From NCBI GenBank assembly GCA_044892525.1, contig CM097885.1:14138001-14202000 (forward strand): a stretch of 64,000 nt of DNA. Reading direction: 5' to 3'. Source of the DNA: Schmidtea polychroa. Taxonomy: Eukaryota. Positions 60,801-64,000 of this stretch are shown one piece after another. A model generated the notes under the pieces. That model was given only the letters and a program-made list of their open reading frames with translations, made no database searches and was not told the DNA's origin. Every line of letters begins with the position of its first letter. The first letter of the stretch is position 1. The translations under genes and the position numbers were made by a program.

Positions 60801-62526
60801 GCATTAATAATAAATTGATAAGTTAGATACACCCGTTTGCACTGAATAAACGCATCTATAATATGTGTTGGTATGTACAACCAATTATAGATGCTTCATT
60901 CTTTATGAAGAATTTTTTTGGAATGAATGTGGTTAATTTAACTACATGCATTCAACTAATTATTTAGCTATTTTATTTAGATATTTTAACTTTTTGTATT
61001 TAGCCAAATGGCTTAAAAGTAATTTTTTTTTATTTAAAGTAAACTTTAAGGCTTGAATATTGATCCATATAGATATGAGATCATTATTCAAGCTATTAAA
61101 TTATACTTTTTATCAAAAATTTTTATTATAAATTATTTTTAATTAATTTTTCAGTAGTTTTAGATGTTTTTATTATTATTTCGAATTATTTCAATATAAT
61201 GTGAGCTTTATTATTATTTTATTAAGTAAAAAATACAATTTATTAATACAATTTATTAAATTTTTTATATTTATAAATTATATTTCTGATTGATTCTTTG
61301 CGAATTCCTAAGAATCGCCCGAAATTATAAAAATCTATAGAAATATTATTTTTTTAAATTTAGGTTAATCAAATTTACGATTTCCTAGTTTTTTCCCAAC
61401 ATCGGACGGCAAAGTTGAGATTTCAGGGCAATGTGAAATACAAAAAAACGATTTAATTTATTAAAAATTTAAGATAAATCATACAAAATAATGTCTTCGT
61501 TATCTATAGAACTCAAAGTTGAGTTATCGGAATTTTCGGTAGCAATATTTTCATTCATTTTTTTTCAAAAAAAATCAAAAAATGTCTGTAAATGATTTAT
61601 TATAGTGCGTTTATTCATTGCAACGATTCTACATATCGAAAATTTGCATGCGTATTTTACTATGTGTTGTGTTTTTGTGTGTCAGTTTATTTTTTCTACC
61701 ACTTTCTCACTTTCTATATTAAATGCGTTTATTCATTGCAACGCTAAAAATCAACATACAGGTAACTTTGTATGTTTATATAATATACACATACTGATTT
61801 TTTGTTTTATATTATAGGTGCGTTTATTGAGTGCAAACAGGTGTATATCCATCACACCCACCATCACATTCCCCAGCACATCCACCGTCACATGCACCAG
61901 CAAAGTGAACTGCAATACGATTGGATAGAATCAATTAAAATTAATTGTCAATAAGGCCCTGCACCGATCAAAGATTTCATAAAATTATACAAAAATCCGT
62001 TACAATTTAATTTTTATTGTGTTAAATCTAATCCAATTTATCAGTACTGCTTTGTGCATGATATTTTATCATTGCAATTTTGTCACAATAAAATGTGAAA
62101 ATGTCAATATGAGGCTCATAGGAACCTTGTACACATCAGAAAATGTCAGACAAATATTTGTAACCATAACGAGATCATTAGATCAATATTTTAATATTTT
62201 ATGAAAAATATTTATTTTTATATTTTGATATATTTTTAATTTGTGTTTGCCATTAAAAATGTTAAAATTTTACATTTCGTTATCAAATTGTAATTTAAAT
62301 AATTTTTATAAGATTTAAAATAAATGAGAAAAACACTGAAAATTAGCATTAACAATATTTCAAGCTAAAATACAATATTTATAAAATTTTTCTTTATCTA
62401 CATCAAAATACAAATTATAAATATTGAAATTGTCAACGTCAGCGAAAATAATTAATATAATAAGTATGATTTATGAATGTTGTAAAATGTTGAAATATTT
62501 TGATAATTTTGTTAATTTTAGATAAA

Positions 62527-63870
62527 ATGTTTGCAAGCGTATGGGAACTAATGAAGAGGAATAAATTTGAATTTGATAATGAAATCAGCAGTGAATTGAT
62601 ATGCAGAATTTGCAAATGTTTAATGATAAAAGCTTGCCAAGCTCCTTGTGGTTGTCGCTTTTGTTCTGATTGCATTGAACATTATTTGGATGGAAAAGAT
62701 AAATTCTGTCCAGGAGCAGGAAAACATTGTGGAAAGAAAATGATAAATTTCAATAAGGATGTTTCTGAAGATCACGCAGCCAATTTAAGGATTTCAGAAG
62801 TGATAGTGAGATGCCCAATGCAAAATTGTCAATTCAAAGATGAATTAGAGGTGATGGAGAGCCACATGAGAACATGCAACAAGCAACCAATAAAATGTTT
62901 ATTCAATAGAATCGGATGCGAAATGAATGAGGTGGATAATGACAAAATGAAGGTCCATCTCTATGAGAACAATGAAGGCCATAGCAAATTATTGATCGAT
63001 TAGATCAGTAATTTATGCAATGAGATGCAAGCAATGAGAGACGAGAATGTGACATTGCGTAATGAAATTATCAATATTAATGTAAAATTTTATTTGTAAT
63101 TAATTTTATTGATATTTGTGATTGTAGGTGAAACTGGGAAATGTTGAAAAGAAAGAGGCGGAAAACAGAGATGAAATAGAAGAATTGAATAAGGAAATGG
63201 TGGCATTGAAGAATGAGAATCGCTCATTGAGAATGGAGATGGAGACAAATATTGGATCAATGAATCAAGTTTGATTATTGATTTGATTTATTATTAATGC
63301 AAAGCAGGTCAGGCAGCAAATTGAGGCGATTGAATCTAAATGTCAACAGCAAATTGATGAGATGAAAAAGAAATGCGAGCAGCGGCTGCAAAAAGGGAAT
63401 GAAAAAGTGATTTATTGATTTATTGACGTGTTTGAATTTGAGATTCAGTTGCAGCTTTTATAAAATTATTATTTCTTGAATGGCAAATCGATAAATTTTC
63501 ACAACAAAAGATAAATGAAAATATTTATAGCGACACATTTTATTCGGGGCCAATCGGTTACAAAATGTGCTTGTGGGTGTGGATTATGGGGTTTTTGGTT
63601 GGTTTCTGTCTGATGCGAGGGGCAAATGATGAGCAAATGGATTGGCCGTTCAATCAACCCGTGACAATCGATGTGATTGATCCAGCAAATGGCAGCATTT
63701 ATATGAGCAAGTCAATAAAATATTCAGATTGCCCTGATGATGCCAGATGGAGGAAACCGTCAGATGACAGAAATGATTCAATTGGCATTTATAATCGTTC
63801 TTTTGGTGATGCCTACCTATCAATTAGCAGCCAAAACTGATAAATTGCTGCTCAGGTGCAGAATTATAAA
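62527..63870 (+). pseudogene. TRAF-like gene (RING, TRAF zinc finger, coiled coil, MATH), probably a pseudogene
   Basis: RING CRICKCLMIKACQAPCGCRFCSDC; Zn finger CPMQNC..HMRTC..C..IGC..H; coil exons between ~40-47-nt introns; MATH motifs FYSGPIGYKMCL, LMRGAND..DWPFNQPVT; in-frame TAG at 63001-63003. Confidence 0.85.
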
Positions 63871-64000
63871 ATTTAAAAAAATTCAATAAAAAATTAATTT
63901 ATTTTGGCTTTTGATCTGTTTTATTATTTGACTGATTTAATATTTATTTATTGATTTATTATATTGTGATAATAAAATGTGTCGTCGTCATCATCATCAT

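Noticed and set aside
61601..61840. Three copies of TGCGTTTATT(C/G)A(T/G)TGCAA
   Set aside because: Probably subterminal repeats of a decayed TE; no termini or TSD found

Overview
AT-rich, repeat-dense eukaryotic (animal) DNA. The ~45-nt introns, TRAF-like gene and AT content suggest a flatworm such as a planarian, but this is inference only. The centre (17.4-51.4 kb) is a head-to-tail array of a very young, ~17 kb Ty3/Gypsy-order LTR retroelement with 1041-bp LTRs, a tRNA-Trp PBS and a PPT. Its single reconstructed ~3320-aa ORF has an unusual order: Gag with 3 CCHC knuckles, two ubiquitin-like domains, a Bcl-2-like domain, signal peptide plus chuvirus-like fusion glycoprotein plus TM, protease, RT, RNase H, integrase, then a second signal peptide plus beta-rich ectodomain plus TM. 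The ~5 kb 3' region holds a small leucine-zipper ORF, a hidden 3-exon antisense gene (66 aa) and RNA-structure motifs. The left flank is nested DNA-transposon debris: an inverted duplication of a hAT remnant, a solo LTR, MITEs, a Tigger/pogo element and a Tc1 fragment. A 4.4-kb direct segmental duplication with a coiled-coil gene brackets the array. The right flank has an ARF-family GTPase gene, tRNA-Sec, a decayed relative of the retroelement and a TRAF-like pseudogene. Domain calls come from motif recognition by eye; no database searches were run.
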